In this document: one piece after another, positions 26,033 to 38,600 of the stretch
Layout of the letters: the number at the start of each line of letters is the position of its first letter
How positions within the stretch are numbered: the first letter of the stretch is position 1
Source of the DNA: Octopus sinensis
Lineage: Eukaryota
Direction of reading: 5' to 3'
DNA: 64,000 nucleotides
Assembly: GCF_006345805.1 (NCBI RefSeq)
Contig: NC_043005.1
Location: forward strand, 53,258,001-53,322,000
Notes under the pieces: generated by a model
What the model was told of the DNA's origin: nothing
The model's input: only the letters and a program-made list of their open reading frames with translations
Databases searched by the model: none
Position numbers and translations under genes: made by a program

Positions 26033-27317
26033 TAATAATAATGACATCAAGGCAGTCACGTCAGTGTTTAAAAAAATTTTAATGTTTCTGTGTTTAAAAC
26101 AAACAGTATAATAGACGTTTTTGACCTTTCATTTGATCCCTGACACTTCTGTTTTGTGTCAATTTTTTTTTTCAATTCAGTATCATTGTCTACTGTCTCC
26201 TGATATTGCACTACTGCCGCTGATCATTAGTCAAGATCAATCATTATTAGGTAATTAAGTGCACTTATTTCGGTATAAACAAATCGTTGTAAGCAATCAT
26301 GCATGAGGATTTCTTCTTTATAGCGGCAACTACTACCATGGCAGAGGGACAGATGGGTGAGAGGAAGGTACCATCAGCATTACTACTAGTATGTAGCAGA
26401 ACTAACAGCAACAACACTACTATTTGTCCTCCTTATCATCATCGTCGTCATCGTCATTGTCGTCGTCATGGTCGTAGTCGTCATCGTCATCATCATTATT
26501 AATTTTTTTCTATTGTCTGGCCTCTATTTATATACTGAACCTCTCTTTGATGTTGCCGTCCATTCTCTTACAAAAGGTTTGTTATTATCTTTCAAAATGA
26601 GAATCATTTCTTTATAATGGATCAGGCAAAGAAGATGTGGTTTTACAGGGATTCTGACACGAGTGGAGAAATTAAGACTGTTATAAGAAGCAACAGAGCA
26701 AAATATCGTATTATCCTCTCTTCTATCTTCTGGTCCGATTGATTGTAAAGAAAGTGGATTCTGCTAAATGCGCACAAAGGACCAGGCACTAGTTACATCT
26801 ATTGGTATATTAAATCTGCTTGTGCAACCCATCTAATGGACTCCTACTTAATTCTCTTACCTTTTATAAAATTTCATCCACAGATCTTGCCGACTTGCAG
26901 TCAGTATTGCTGCAATGTCTGAACCTGTTTAGCTGCTTGACTCTCCTCAGTGTTGTAGAGAAATTCGCTATAAACAAATATCAGAACTACACGTTTGAAC
27001 AATAGCGCAGTTCTACGCAATTGTTCACCCTGCTGAATGCAGCATAAGAAATATCTTTCTACTCTATTTTCTTTTAAAATTTGAAACAAGTGGTTTAAAT
27101 CCTAAATCATAGGTCAATATTTCCTCACTATAAAAGCGGGAAAAAAATCTCGGATAGCAACATAGATCAACTGCCTAATTCTATATTTCTTCAAACAATT
27201 AAAAGCAGAACTTAGAGAAATAATTAATCACTTTCCTCCACCTCCACACACATGCAAAATAAATAGATTACAAACAACCAACGAGATAATGGTCTGTGGT
27301 AAAGCAATCAGTTGAAA

Positions 27318-27515
27318 TACTAAATAATTCTTTCCACTCTAAGCAAATGGCTTGAAATTTTTGAGGGAGGGTAGCTATTCGATTACATTAATGCCAGTGA
27401 TTAGCTGGCACTTATTTTATCCACACCGAAAGAAAGCTGAAGCCGATCTCGGTGGCACTTAAACTCAGAGCGTTAGGATTTTGACCTGCGGTGCTGATGA
27501 TTCTGCTGGCTCTTT
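27318..27515 (-). mobile_element. Degenerate SINE family B
   Basis: aaatggcttgaaattt tail, gtcgattacat-like and gattctgctggctc motifs. Confidence 0.55.
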
Positions 27516-28399
27516 AAGTACTAAAAATAGCAACTAAACAATTTTTTTAACTACTTATCACTAATTTAAAAAAGAAGTAAAGCAATGAATAATTGGTTTG
27601 ATTAGAAGTGTTAAAGTACGTATTAAATTCATAGTTAATATAATGATATTGGATTAAGCTGTAACACCTGAATACGAACATACAATGCACTAGGGTACTA
27701 GAATTTGTTAACTCATGTATATAACCATAGTGTGACACAAGTAGTCAACTCCAGACTAGGCCCTAATGAGGTGCTAGAGAAATGTGAAATGGATGAGAAG
27801 GTGGCACGCAGGTTCACGGGAACAGTTAAGTATTGGTCTAAGTAGAACAAATAGGTAACCAATTCGAGTAATTGTCATCATATCCAAATAATGTAGTTCT
27901 GGGTATCTTATGTCTGAAAAAAGTTAGATTTACTCCGCTGAAATCTGATTCAACGTTAGACATCGCTATCGTAATAATAAAAGTTTACCGGACAAACAAT
28001 TAATCAATCATTCATTTCTATCTTGTCAGGAGTACTGAACTGAGTATGTAGCCAAGGCACTTATCTCGAAATGTTAAAGATTCACCAATGAATCAATATG
28101 AAGCTTTAAGTGATGCAATCAATAAATAGACCAGCTATAAGTAATATATGTTCATCGTTGTAAGTAACAACAGTTACAATAAGAAGGCTAAGAAATGCAC
28201 CTATGTATAGTTTCACAATCTGCTGGAAATTGTAGCAAAATTTCACAAATGACCTTTATATATCTGTGGACCTGATTCTGGTTATTGCTCGGCTAGGCGG
28301 CGCTACTGAATTCCCGTTCGAAAATATATAATTTTCAAAGTGATACACAGCCACTGACCTAATAAATAGAAACATTATTACTTCTAAATCTCACAAAGA

Positions 28400-29700
28400 G
28401 AGATATTCAGTAACAGTACTTTAAAGTAAAGATTATTTGCCAACCTAAAGTGGCAAATATTAGTAATAGAATGTCCAAGCTCTCTTCTTCCAAATTTTTA
28501 ACGAAGCTTCCCCCTATTATAACAAGGCCCTAACCAATAGTGGCTTCAAAGATAAATTGATATATGATCCCTCTATTAATCAAGATATTAATAATAGATC
28601 TAGTAGCATCAAAGATAAAGTAGTACCTAACCACTCTAGTATTAATCAGGATAATAAGAAACCAAAACATAAGCCAAGGAAAATTATTTGGTTTGCCCCT
28701 CCCTTTTCCCTTAATATAAAAATTAACACTGGTAAAAGATTCCTGTCACTCCTAGACAAACCTTTTCCTAAACAAACATTTTAAACACTCCAAGACAAAC
28801 ATTTTCCAGCTACTCACAGATACAGGAAAATATTCAATAGGCGTTTTGTGTAATTATCATTTAATTGCTGCACAGTTATGAAGAGTATCATTATACGTGG
28901 TCAACTCCAAAAACCTGAATCCAGTTGCAACTGTCGCGACCCAGGATCCTGTCCACTTGACCAACGATGTAAGATTAAATCTATTATATATGAGGCAGAA
29001 GTTACTGCAACCCAAAATAATAATACAACTGATAAGAAGACCTATATTGGATTATGTGAAGGAGAATTTAAAATCGCTATGCCAATCACATACACTCCTT
29101 CCGACTTCGGAACGAAAGTAAAACTACTAAGTTGGCTCGCTACGTATGGACTTTGAAAGATAAGGAAACATCGCATGTGATTGAATGAAAAGTAATTGAG
29201 ATATCCATACCTTAAGTGAATGGATCGAATAAATGTAGACTTTGGCTGAAAGAACGCAGAACCTGTTCAGATCTGACATCCCTAACTCTCTATTGAACCC
29301 CAGGTCAGAAATTTTCAGTAGTTGCATGCATATGTTTAAATATATACTGAAAAATTGGAAAATTCTGCCTATTCCTGACTGACTTGATATCTTTCCAGCC
29401 TTATCATTTACGGCCTAAGGAGGATAGCACTTTTTACCTTTTGACACTTTCATTTTCCGCTTTTCATTTTCCGTTGTTTACTGTCTACGCTTTCTATATA
29501 CCGCCTCTTCAGCTTCAACCTGCACGTTTCTTCTATTTATTCAATCTTTTAGTTTGTTATGATAAGTGGTTGCGCCTGAAGAATACGTTTGAGTTCTTTC
29601 AACATATGAAACTATTAGAAAGCACTTTAATGCAAGTATTATGACCTTTAAATAATAATATCTATCTCTCACCAGATAAAGTACTTTTTTGTTGAATTTA
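28400..29700 (+). mobile_element. Penelope-like element 3' half (thumb, linker, GIY-YIG endonuclease, 3' pLTR)
   Basis: NISNRMSKLSS..FNEASPYYNKALTNSGF; RKIIWFAPPFS..GKRFLSLLDK.FP; CNC...CPL..C..KSIIYEAEV..TYIGLCEGEFK; LLNPRSEIFSSCMH; CTGAAGA-stem-GAAAC motif at 29576-29612 in the 3' repeat. Confidence 0.9.
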
Positions 29701-29725
29701 TCACGAATCAGTACATTATATATAT

Positions 29726-30160
29726 ATATTGTTATATTTCGGAATGGTCATATTGCCAGTTTAGCCAATAAAAACACACGCACTATATATTTGGTGTTAT
29801 TTTGCTTCAGTGTTATTTATTTTTTACATTAATCTTAATCTTATTTCGGCCAGAGTTCTTTCGTCACACTCCTGTGACCGCATCAGTGGTCCTTTGTTTT
29901 CTTCTTTCTTATTTGTGTCTCTCCTTACTAACCGTCGGCCATTTTGCATTTCTATTGTATGTCTTCATTTGCGCATGCTTATATCTCTATGTGCGTCTAT
30001 GTTTAGTTAGTGTGTGTATGTGGAGGGATGCCTGTAATATTTGTATCCTCTGTTTATATACGTTCATGTAAATTGCATTTTGTTTTTGTTGTTGTTTTTG
30101 TTTATTCTTATTTTGTTCATGTGTTTACATCCACTTATTATTATCATTACATATGATTTA
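29726..30160 (-). mobile_element. Second Penelope-like pLTR in opposite orientation, with hammerhead relic
   Basis: Minus strand GGACCA-CTGATGC-G-GTCACA(ggag)TGTGAC-GAAAG-AA-CTC-TGGCC at 29848-29892. Confidence 0.55.
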
Positions 30161-30161
30161 T

Positions 30162-30232
30162 GTATGTATGCATGTATAACAACAATACTAGTAATAATAA
30201 TAATAATAAATCGAATCGAAAAAAAATACATG

Positions 30233-30270
<38 letters not shown>

Positions 30271-30461
30271 ACGAAAGAACTCTGGCCGAAATAAGATTAA
30301 GATTAAAGTAAAAAATGAATAACACTGAAGCAAAATAACACCAAATATATAGTGCGTGTGTTTTTATTGGCTAAACTGGAAATATGACCATTCCGAAATA
30401 TAACAATATCTGTTTCAACACACGACTTCACATAAAAAATCTTGCACAACAAATATTTAAA

Positions 30462-30549
<88 letters not shown>

Positions 30550-30707
30550 AAGTCGTGTGTTGAAACAGATATTGTTATATTTCGGAATGGTCATATTTCC
30601 AGCTTAGCCAATAAAAACACACGCACTATATATTTGGTGTTATTTTGCTTCAGTGTTATTTATTTTTTACATTAATCTTAATCTTATTTCGGCCAGAGTT
30701 CTTTCGT

Positions 30708-30738
<31 letters not shown>

Positions 30739-30814
30739 GTATGCATGTATTTTTTTTCGATTCGATTTATTATTATTATTATTACTAGTATTGTTGTTAT
30801 ACATGCATACATAC
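30162..30814. repeat. Long inverted repeat, ~272-bp arms (30162-30434 / 30544-30814), 109-bp spacer
   Basis: Arms are reverse complements apart from a few substitutions and (TA)n length; 29726-29869 is a third partial copy. Confidence 0.95.
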
Positions 30815-30943
30815 TCCTGAAGATTTCTCTTGAATGAAACAGTACTAGTCCTGTAGAAGCTCCTTCTATATAATAAATTATTTTACTCTGCTATGTATTG
30901 AGTACCTTACTTACTGTGGTTAACCCCGGATCAACCCGGGACC

Positions 30944-30986
<43 letters not shown>

Positions 30987-31065
30987 TATATATATTAAGT
31001 TAACGGTTTGGAGCCGTATATTCAACATACTAGAACATGAAAATGGAATGGTATATCTTTAGCCA

Positions 31066-31145
31066 ACTCCGATGAGATTCAGCTTTAATATGTTTTTAAT
31101 TATGCTAATTAATTTCTAAAGTTCTGAATCGAAACAGCTGTCAGT
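31066..31145 (+). ncRNA. Minimal type I hammerhead-like ribozyme (one core change, CCGAUGA)
   Basis: ACT-CCGATGA-GATTCAG...CTGAATC-GAAAC-AGCT-GTC-AGT: helices I, II and III all pair. Confidence 0.55.
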
Positions 31146-31290
31146 GATGATGTCCAATTTTATTATTAATGAATAACTATTAATTCAATTGTCTCTTTTT
31201 CCTGAAAATATGTATAAACCTCACTTTATCCACTTATCTTACTGTTGAATGTTGATATATATATATACATACACACACACAAACACACAC

Positions 31291-31361
<71 letters not shown>

Positions 31362-32054
31362 TTTATATATAACACCCGAAAGAAAATACAAATGGTCACT
31401 CGTTGATATATCTTTACAATAAATTCAGCTTGATTAAAATTGAACAAATGCTCAACAACAACAATAACAACAACAACCAAAAGTCAACAGCAACAACATT
31501 GTTAATAGTGCTGTGAAACTAATTGTTTTCATTGGTGCTGCGATGAAACACATCTATGAGTGTAGACGTCATGAGACAAACCCAACTCCCTAAATGCAGA
31601 CATTGTCGATATGTAGTATCTTTAGAACACAAAGATTTTCAGGGGTCATTTCTTTATTTTAAATGAGAACGTTTAACTACTGAGCTATCACTTATCATCA
31701 ACGTCATTTTCTTCAGAGAGATTTTTCAGATTAAAAATGTGGACAATTTGACCGAGAGACAAAATTTCATGGGATCGTTTCTACATACTAAGTACAAATG
31801 AAATAAGAACTCACATATGCAATATAATGAGTTAATAAAAATTTATCAGTAGACCAAAACTCTCACTGATTTTTAAGTAATTCTAAAAGAAAAATTAGCC
31901 TGCATGAGAAATAACTCAGGTAAATTCAGTTACTCGAAATCTCTTCCGCAATATAGCCAATGGTCCATGACACAGTATTAGACACAACGGATGTCAGTTG
32001 TGATAGACCACATCTGTTCTCGAAGAAGTTTTACCTTGGCAATCTTATCTTTTT

Positions 32055-32228
32055 CCGGCATCCTTTTGTCTTTTTCAGTCATTGGGACTGCGGTCATTCT
32101 GGGGAACGGACTAGAAAATTTTAGATCAAACAAATCAACTAAAATACTATTTATTTTTCAGTCGGTCTCTTCTTGTCGGACAGCTATGTTACAGGGACTT
32201 AAACAACCCAACACCGGTTGTCAGTCGG
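32055..32228 (-). mobile_element. SINE family A, degenerate 3' fragment
   Basis: cagtcatt..gactgcggtcat.ctgg and acaccggttgtca motifs. Confidence 0.6.
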
Positions 32229-32278
32229 TATATTTGTACCCCTGTGTCACTTTGATGGAATGCGCTTTCCTCTCACTC
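32229..32278 (+). mobile_element. 3' end fragment of the ~550-bp (AAT)n-tailed repeat
   Basis: tacccctgtgtcactttgatgg..tgc...ctctcactc followed by (AAT)n, matching 39738-40292 and 61566-62114. Confidence 0.75.
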
Positions 32279-32321
32279 AATAATAATCAAGATAACAATA
32301 ATCAAGAAAATAATAATAATG

Positions 32322-32386
<65 letters not shown>

Positions 32387-32721
32387 TACAAGCAGTTAAA
32401 AGAAGTAAGAAGATGATGATAATGATGGTGGTGATGATGATACTACTACAGTTGCAGCGGCAACTACTGCTGCTACCACTACTGCAACTACAGTTGCTGC
32501 TGCTGCTGCTACTCCTTCACCTACTACTACTGAAGCTGCTGTTACTACTATTACTACCACCACCACCAACGCCACCGCCGCCACCATCACCACCACCCCT
32601 ACTACTACTGTTACTAATACTACTATAACTACTATCACTGCTAATAATAATAACATTGACGTCGCTGACGATGACGAGGGCAACGGCGGTGATGACGATG
32701 TATCTAATGATCAATATTAAT

Positions 32722-32767
<46 letters not shown>

Positions 32768-32950
32768 CGACGACGACGACGACGATGATGATGACAACGA
32801 CGACGTCAAAGACTACAACGATTATGATGATTTCTAACATTAAAATTAATAATGATTTCCTGCAGAATAAAATAAAAAAGAAACAACGGACAGAAAATTA
32901 GAAAAGGCAAGAACCATTAATGATGATGATGATGATGATGATGATGATTA
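32279..32950. repeat. Compound trinucleotide microsatellite (AAT, GAT, CTA, CCA, GAC)
   Basis: Direct reading. Confidence 0.9.
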
Positions 32951-33249
32951 ACGATAATAGTAATATTAATGAAGAGAATCATTATTAACCATACTTAATT
33001 ATTATATGATGATGACACTGCTTCATGTTCTGCGGTGGCGGAATTGGCGGATCCGGTGCCGGTGCCGAAATGATGAATGTCAACTGATTGTGTAAACCTT
33101 GTAAACAGTTAAACTATTAAATGTGTACATGGTGCCAAATAAAATGAGCATTACCAAATCTTTGGCAATGATTCCAAGATATCCATTTGCAACGATTTAG
33201 TCTTAATGAATTTTTCATTGTTCCTCGCATGTCGTTCGTGTTTTCAGCT

Positions 33250-33797
33250 GCCTACGTACGTATGTATGTATGTATGTATATATGCATGCATGTATGTATG
33301 TATGTATGTATGTATGTATGTATATATGTATATATGCATGCATGTATGTATGTATGTATGTATGTATGTATGTATGTATGTATGTATATATATATATATA
33401 TGTATGTATATATCTATGTGTGTGTATGTATGTATGTATGTAAGTATATACGTGTATGTATGTATATATCTATGTGCGTGTATGTATGTATGTAAGCATA
33501 TACGTATGTATGTACGTATTTATACGTCTATGGCTACCTACCGGCATGTATGTACGTGTGTTTGAATGTATGTACATTTATGTATGTATATATGTATATA
33601 CGTGTGTGAATGCATGTAAGTATGTAAGCATGTCTATGTATGTTTGCATGTATGTATATATGAATGTATGTATATATATGATGCGTATGTATATTTGTGT
33701 ATACATGTATGTACCTATGTATGTATGACTGTATGAATATAAGTATGTGTGCATTTATATATGTGTGTGTGTATGAGGATAGATAGACAAATGCATA

Positions 33798-33839
<42 letters not shown>

Positions 33840-33915
33840 CACACATGTATATACATGTATACATACAAACACACAAGCATATACACACACGTAAAGATGC
33901 ATATATGTTTATATA
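33250..33915. repeat. Degenerate (TATG)n/(TA)n microsatellite field
   Basis: Direct reading. Confidence 0.9.
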
Positions 33916-34426
33916 TATATATATATGTATACGCTTATATTACATCGCCCTCACGCTCCCTGTCGTTTAATTTGAATATATATTATTCCCATTCGTTTTA
34001 TTTTTCCAGTCATCGCATTCATTTCATCTCACATTATTCTTTAATTCACTTATAAACTTCCTTCAGTTACTTCTTCTTCCTTTCTATATATTTGCCTTCG
34101 CCTTAAAATTTTTCCCATTGTTTATATCACATACTTCCTTTTCTCCAAACATTTTGTCGTTCTTCTTTTCTTAGAAAAAAATTTCTTCGTTTCCATATTT
34201 AATCTTTTCCTTCTATTTTCCCCACTTTTTGTTTCCTTCCATCTTCCTTATATCTTTCTCTCTTTATTTTGTCTTTCTACCTCCATCCTTTTTTCTTCAT
34301 CTCCTTCTTTCTTTCTAACTGCTTTTTCGTTTTCTTCGTACTCTCTTTTTTCTCTTATTTTTACTCGACTGACCGATACCTCATTCTTCACTTGCCTTCA
34401 CAACAACTCTAGAATTCTATGTACGC

Positions 34427-34542
<116 letters not shown>

Positions 34543-34659
34543 GTGTCTGTGTATGTGTGTATAAAGAGTGAATATTCAAATGTGAATACTCATAAAGATA
34601 TTATTATTGCTAATATTGTCTGTGGTGAATATTAAGAAATATAAATAATATATATATAT

Positions 34660-34703
<44 letters not shown>

Positions 34704-34710
34704 ATGTATA

Positions 34711-34745
<35 letters not shown>

Positions 34746-35484
34746 CTCGAGAAATATATCGATACTTTGATAGAAAGATGGGTAGCTTGATAGATAGATT
34801 GACAGATCAATCGATAGATAGATAGTTAGATTAATAGACAGATCGATCGTTCGATGGATGGATAAATAGACACTTATATATGTATGTCTATCCGCATATT
34901 TATCAGTTTGTCTATCTCTGTATCAGTCTTTGTCTCTCTCTCTCTCTCTCCTCCTCGCCGTCCACTTCTCACTCCCCTCTTCTCCTCATTTCTTCTCCCT
35001 CCTTCTCACTTCTACCCCTCGTTTTCCGTCTTATTGACTTTCTGATTGTTTCAAATATTGTTGAAGGAATACAATGCAGACGCAGTTTACAAAGCTCTGA
35101 AATATTCCTTCGACTGAACGTCTCTTCGGATATACTATAAATAAAACCAATAATATTGAGAGAATCTAGTTTTCAGGGTTGGGTTGGGAGTATATGGAGC
35201 AAGGTGGCTGTTAGATTGCTGGTTTTTGGCTGGTTGGTAACATACTAATGATCATGATAATGATGTCGGTGTTGTTGGTGTTGTCGTTGCAGTTGATGAT
35301 GATGATGAAGGTGGTGGTGCGGACGATAATGTATAAAGAAAATAAATAAACTATTGCGTGATTCGAACCATGCCATGGAGAGACACCAGACTGTGCTGAA
35401 GAAATGCATGGTGTGTAATTGATGGCTTCTGGATAAAGTGTTGCTGAGATATTTAAAGAAGACAGCAATGAAAAATTAATAATG

Positions 35485-35516
<32 letters not shown>

Positions 35517-35585
35517 TAATATAATGATAATAAGAAGAACAATAATAATAATAATGATAATAATGATAACAACAACAACAACAAC

Positions 35586-35653
<68 letters not shown>

Positions 35654-38600
35654 GCTAAAAAATGATAACATTATCGTAGCACCAAAATGTTTTTGGAAAC
35701 TAAAAGGAAAACTAAATCAGTATACCAAATCGCTTGTCCTATGGTTAATCTGGAAGCGCGTCCCCCAGGGAAGAGCCAGCCTGGGATCGAAAAGTCATCA
35801 ACTGGCACAAACTCTTCTCCGAATACGGACATGGATGGTCACTTGAACGGGAAATCCCCCAACTCGAGCCCTCCAAGTTCACCACCACAACCACCACAGA
35901 AAGAAAAATGTAAGCGGAACAAATGGACCCGAGAAGAGTATAAAGAAGTAATATACGCTTATTACTATGCATTATGTAGGCCATCTCAAGAGAGACACAC
36001 CGCAAACTCTTACAGTATATGGAGAACACGGAATCAAGACAGTAGGCCCTATTTGGACGAGAACAAATTAGCAAATGTGAGGAGGGATATCTTTAGAAAT
36101 AACAGACTCACAGACAGTGAAATAAGTGCGATCAAGCACGCAACGGAAAATGACATAAATATAAGACACAAAGGAAATGAAGAATCAGATGAACAGTATA
36201 GCCCGCCACGAGGCTTAATTGAAAGACTGCCATCTGACCAAAGTACGCAAAGGCCTGAAGATACAAGAAATTCTATTGTACCTGTTAAAGATAGCCAGGA
36301 AAACGAAAAAACAACAGTAACTGAAGATCTCGCATTTGCTGAAGAACACAGAGAGTCTATGGCAGAAATGAAGCAGAAAATCCTGAATACGCTTGAAGTT
36401 GTAAGACATACAAGTATGAATGATAGAGAACCGCTTCATAAACTCTCAAATACAAACCAAAATAAAAAACAAATCCAAATTGGCAACTATGTAACAAATG
36501 AAATAATACGAGATTTAAAACCTGATTTTACTGAGTTAAATGAAATTATTTACGCTTCTGCTAGGGCAATTGAAACCAGCTGTATGCCCCCGAAAAAACA
36601 AAGAAAACAAAACCTGGAGAAGTAAAATTGAAAAAGAGATTGAATTTATGAGAGGGGAAATATCAATATTAAATGAACTAATATGTGGAAATGATGTAAG
36701 ATCCAGAACAGAAAGAAAGATGAAGAGAAAATTTGGATCCTCACCTAGAGAAGAACTGATATCAATAAAAGAAACGCTGAAACAAAAAGTCCAAGCAAAA
36801 GCCCCAAAAATACGAAGATTTGAGAAGAGAAACAAGTTTTACAAGCAAAATAAGCTGTTCACATCCAATGCCAAAAAATTCTACAGAGAAATAGGGAAGG
36901 AGAAAGTAACCGTTAAAGACCCCCCTCCCATGGAAGGAGTTCAAAACTTTTGGGAAAGGATTTGGAGTGACAAGAAGACGTACAACATAAATGCAGACTG
37001 AATTATACAAACTGAAGGATCCTACCAAAATTTACAACAACAAGCATGGGAAGACATCACAATAGCAGACCTAAGAAAGGCACTCACGAAGGCCCATAAT
37101 TGGAAATCCCCCGGTAAAGATAGGGTGCCGAATTTCTGGCTCGCATCGCTCCCGTGCGCACACGGTAAGCTAGTTCAGCTGCTCAATGGAATTTTGAGAG
37201 ACCCAAAGAAAACACCTGAATGGTTAGCAAGTGGCATTACTTACCTACTCCCAAAGAATAACGAAACCAACCTTCCAAAAAACTATCGGCCTATAACCTG
37301 TCTATCCACCACGTATAAAATCCTAACATCTATCCTGGCGGAGAAAACATATGCATTCATGGAGAAGAACGATATTTTCCCCATTGAACAAAAAGGGTGC
37401 CGCCGAGGCTCTTACGGATGCAAAGATCAACTGCTAATCAATCGTATGATCCTTGAGAACTGTCACAACAAGCGCAGAAATCTCAGCACCGCATGGATTG
37501 ACTATAAAAAGGCCTTCGACAGTATACCGCATCCATGGATCTTGAGATCGCTGGACATCTTTAACATTTCCCCTGTGATTTCAAACTTCCTGAAGCACAA
37601 TATGTCGTTGTGGAATACGAATCTCCAATTATACCACTCTAATGGAGTACTTGCTTCAGAAAATATAAACATCAACTGTGGAATTTTTCAAGGTGACTCA
37701 CTTTCACCTTTAATATTCTGCATAGCCCTAATACCCCTTACAAGTGAATTAAACAGAACAGGGTATGGGTATAAAATTGCCAATAAAAAAATAAGCCATC
37801 TATTTTATATGGATGACTTAAAACTTTATGGTAAAGACAATAATGAACTTGAAGGCCTATTGCGCACCGTGAAAGCATTCAGCGATGACATCGGGATGGA
37901 GTTTGAACTTGAGAAGTGTGCCAAGGCCACTTTCCAGAAAGAGAAAGTGAAGACCACAAATTCAGTCGTGTTAGATGTTGACACAGTCATAAGAGAGCTT
38001 GAGCAAGAACAGACATACAAATATTTAGGGATAAATGAAGGCTCTGGTATTCAGCATGCAAGCATGAAAGAGAAAATCAAGAAGGAATGTTATAGGAGAG
38101 TTCGTGCAGTCCTGAAATCTGAACTAAATGCACGTAACAAGGTGTTAGCTATAAATTCCCTAGCAGTTCCAGTTGTTACTTATAGCTACAATGTGTTGAA
38201 CTGGAATATGAGTGAAGTAAAGAATATAGATAGAAAAATACGCAAGCTGCTGAGTTGTAATAGGATACACCACCCAAAGGCAGACGTAGATCGCCTTTAC
38301 CTTCCCAGAGCCCAAGGAGGTCGAGGCCTGATCCAATTTGAACTAGCTTACAAAACAACCACAATTGGACTGGCCAAATATCTCGAAATATCGAATGACT
38401 GGATGCTAAAGCTCGTGGAAAATCACGAGAGACGAAAGAAGATTCATTCTATCATCAAGGAAAGCAAAAAATTTGCTATTGATCTCGTGCAGGATACCCA
38501 AACTGAACAACCCGAGGGAAGTACGGCAACTATTGTTGCAAAGAAGGTGAAAATGATGGCAATGAAAAAAGCGCACGAGCAATTCGCTGATAGGTGGGAG

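Noticed and set aside
24960-27010. Candidate host exons (AG-flanked open stretches at ~24965-25140 and ~26884-27005)
   Set aside because: No recognisable protein similarity and no consistent donor/acceptor chain.
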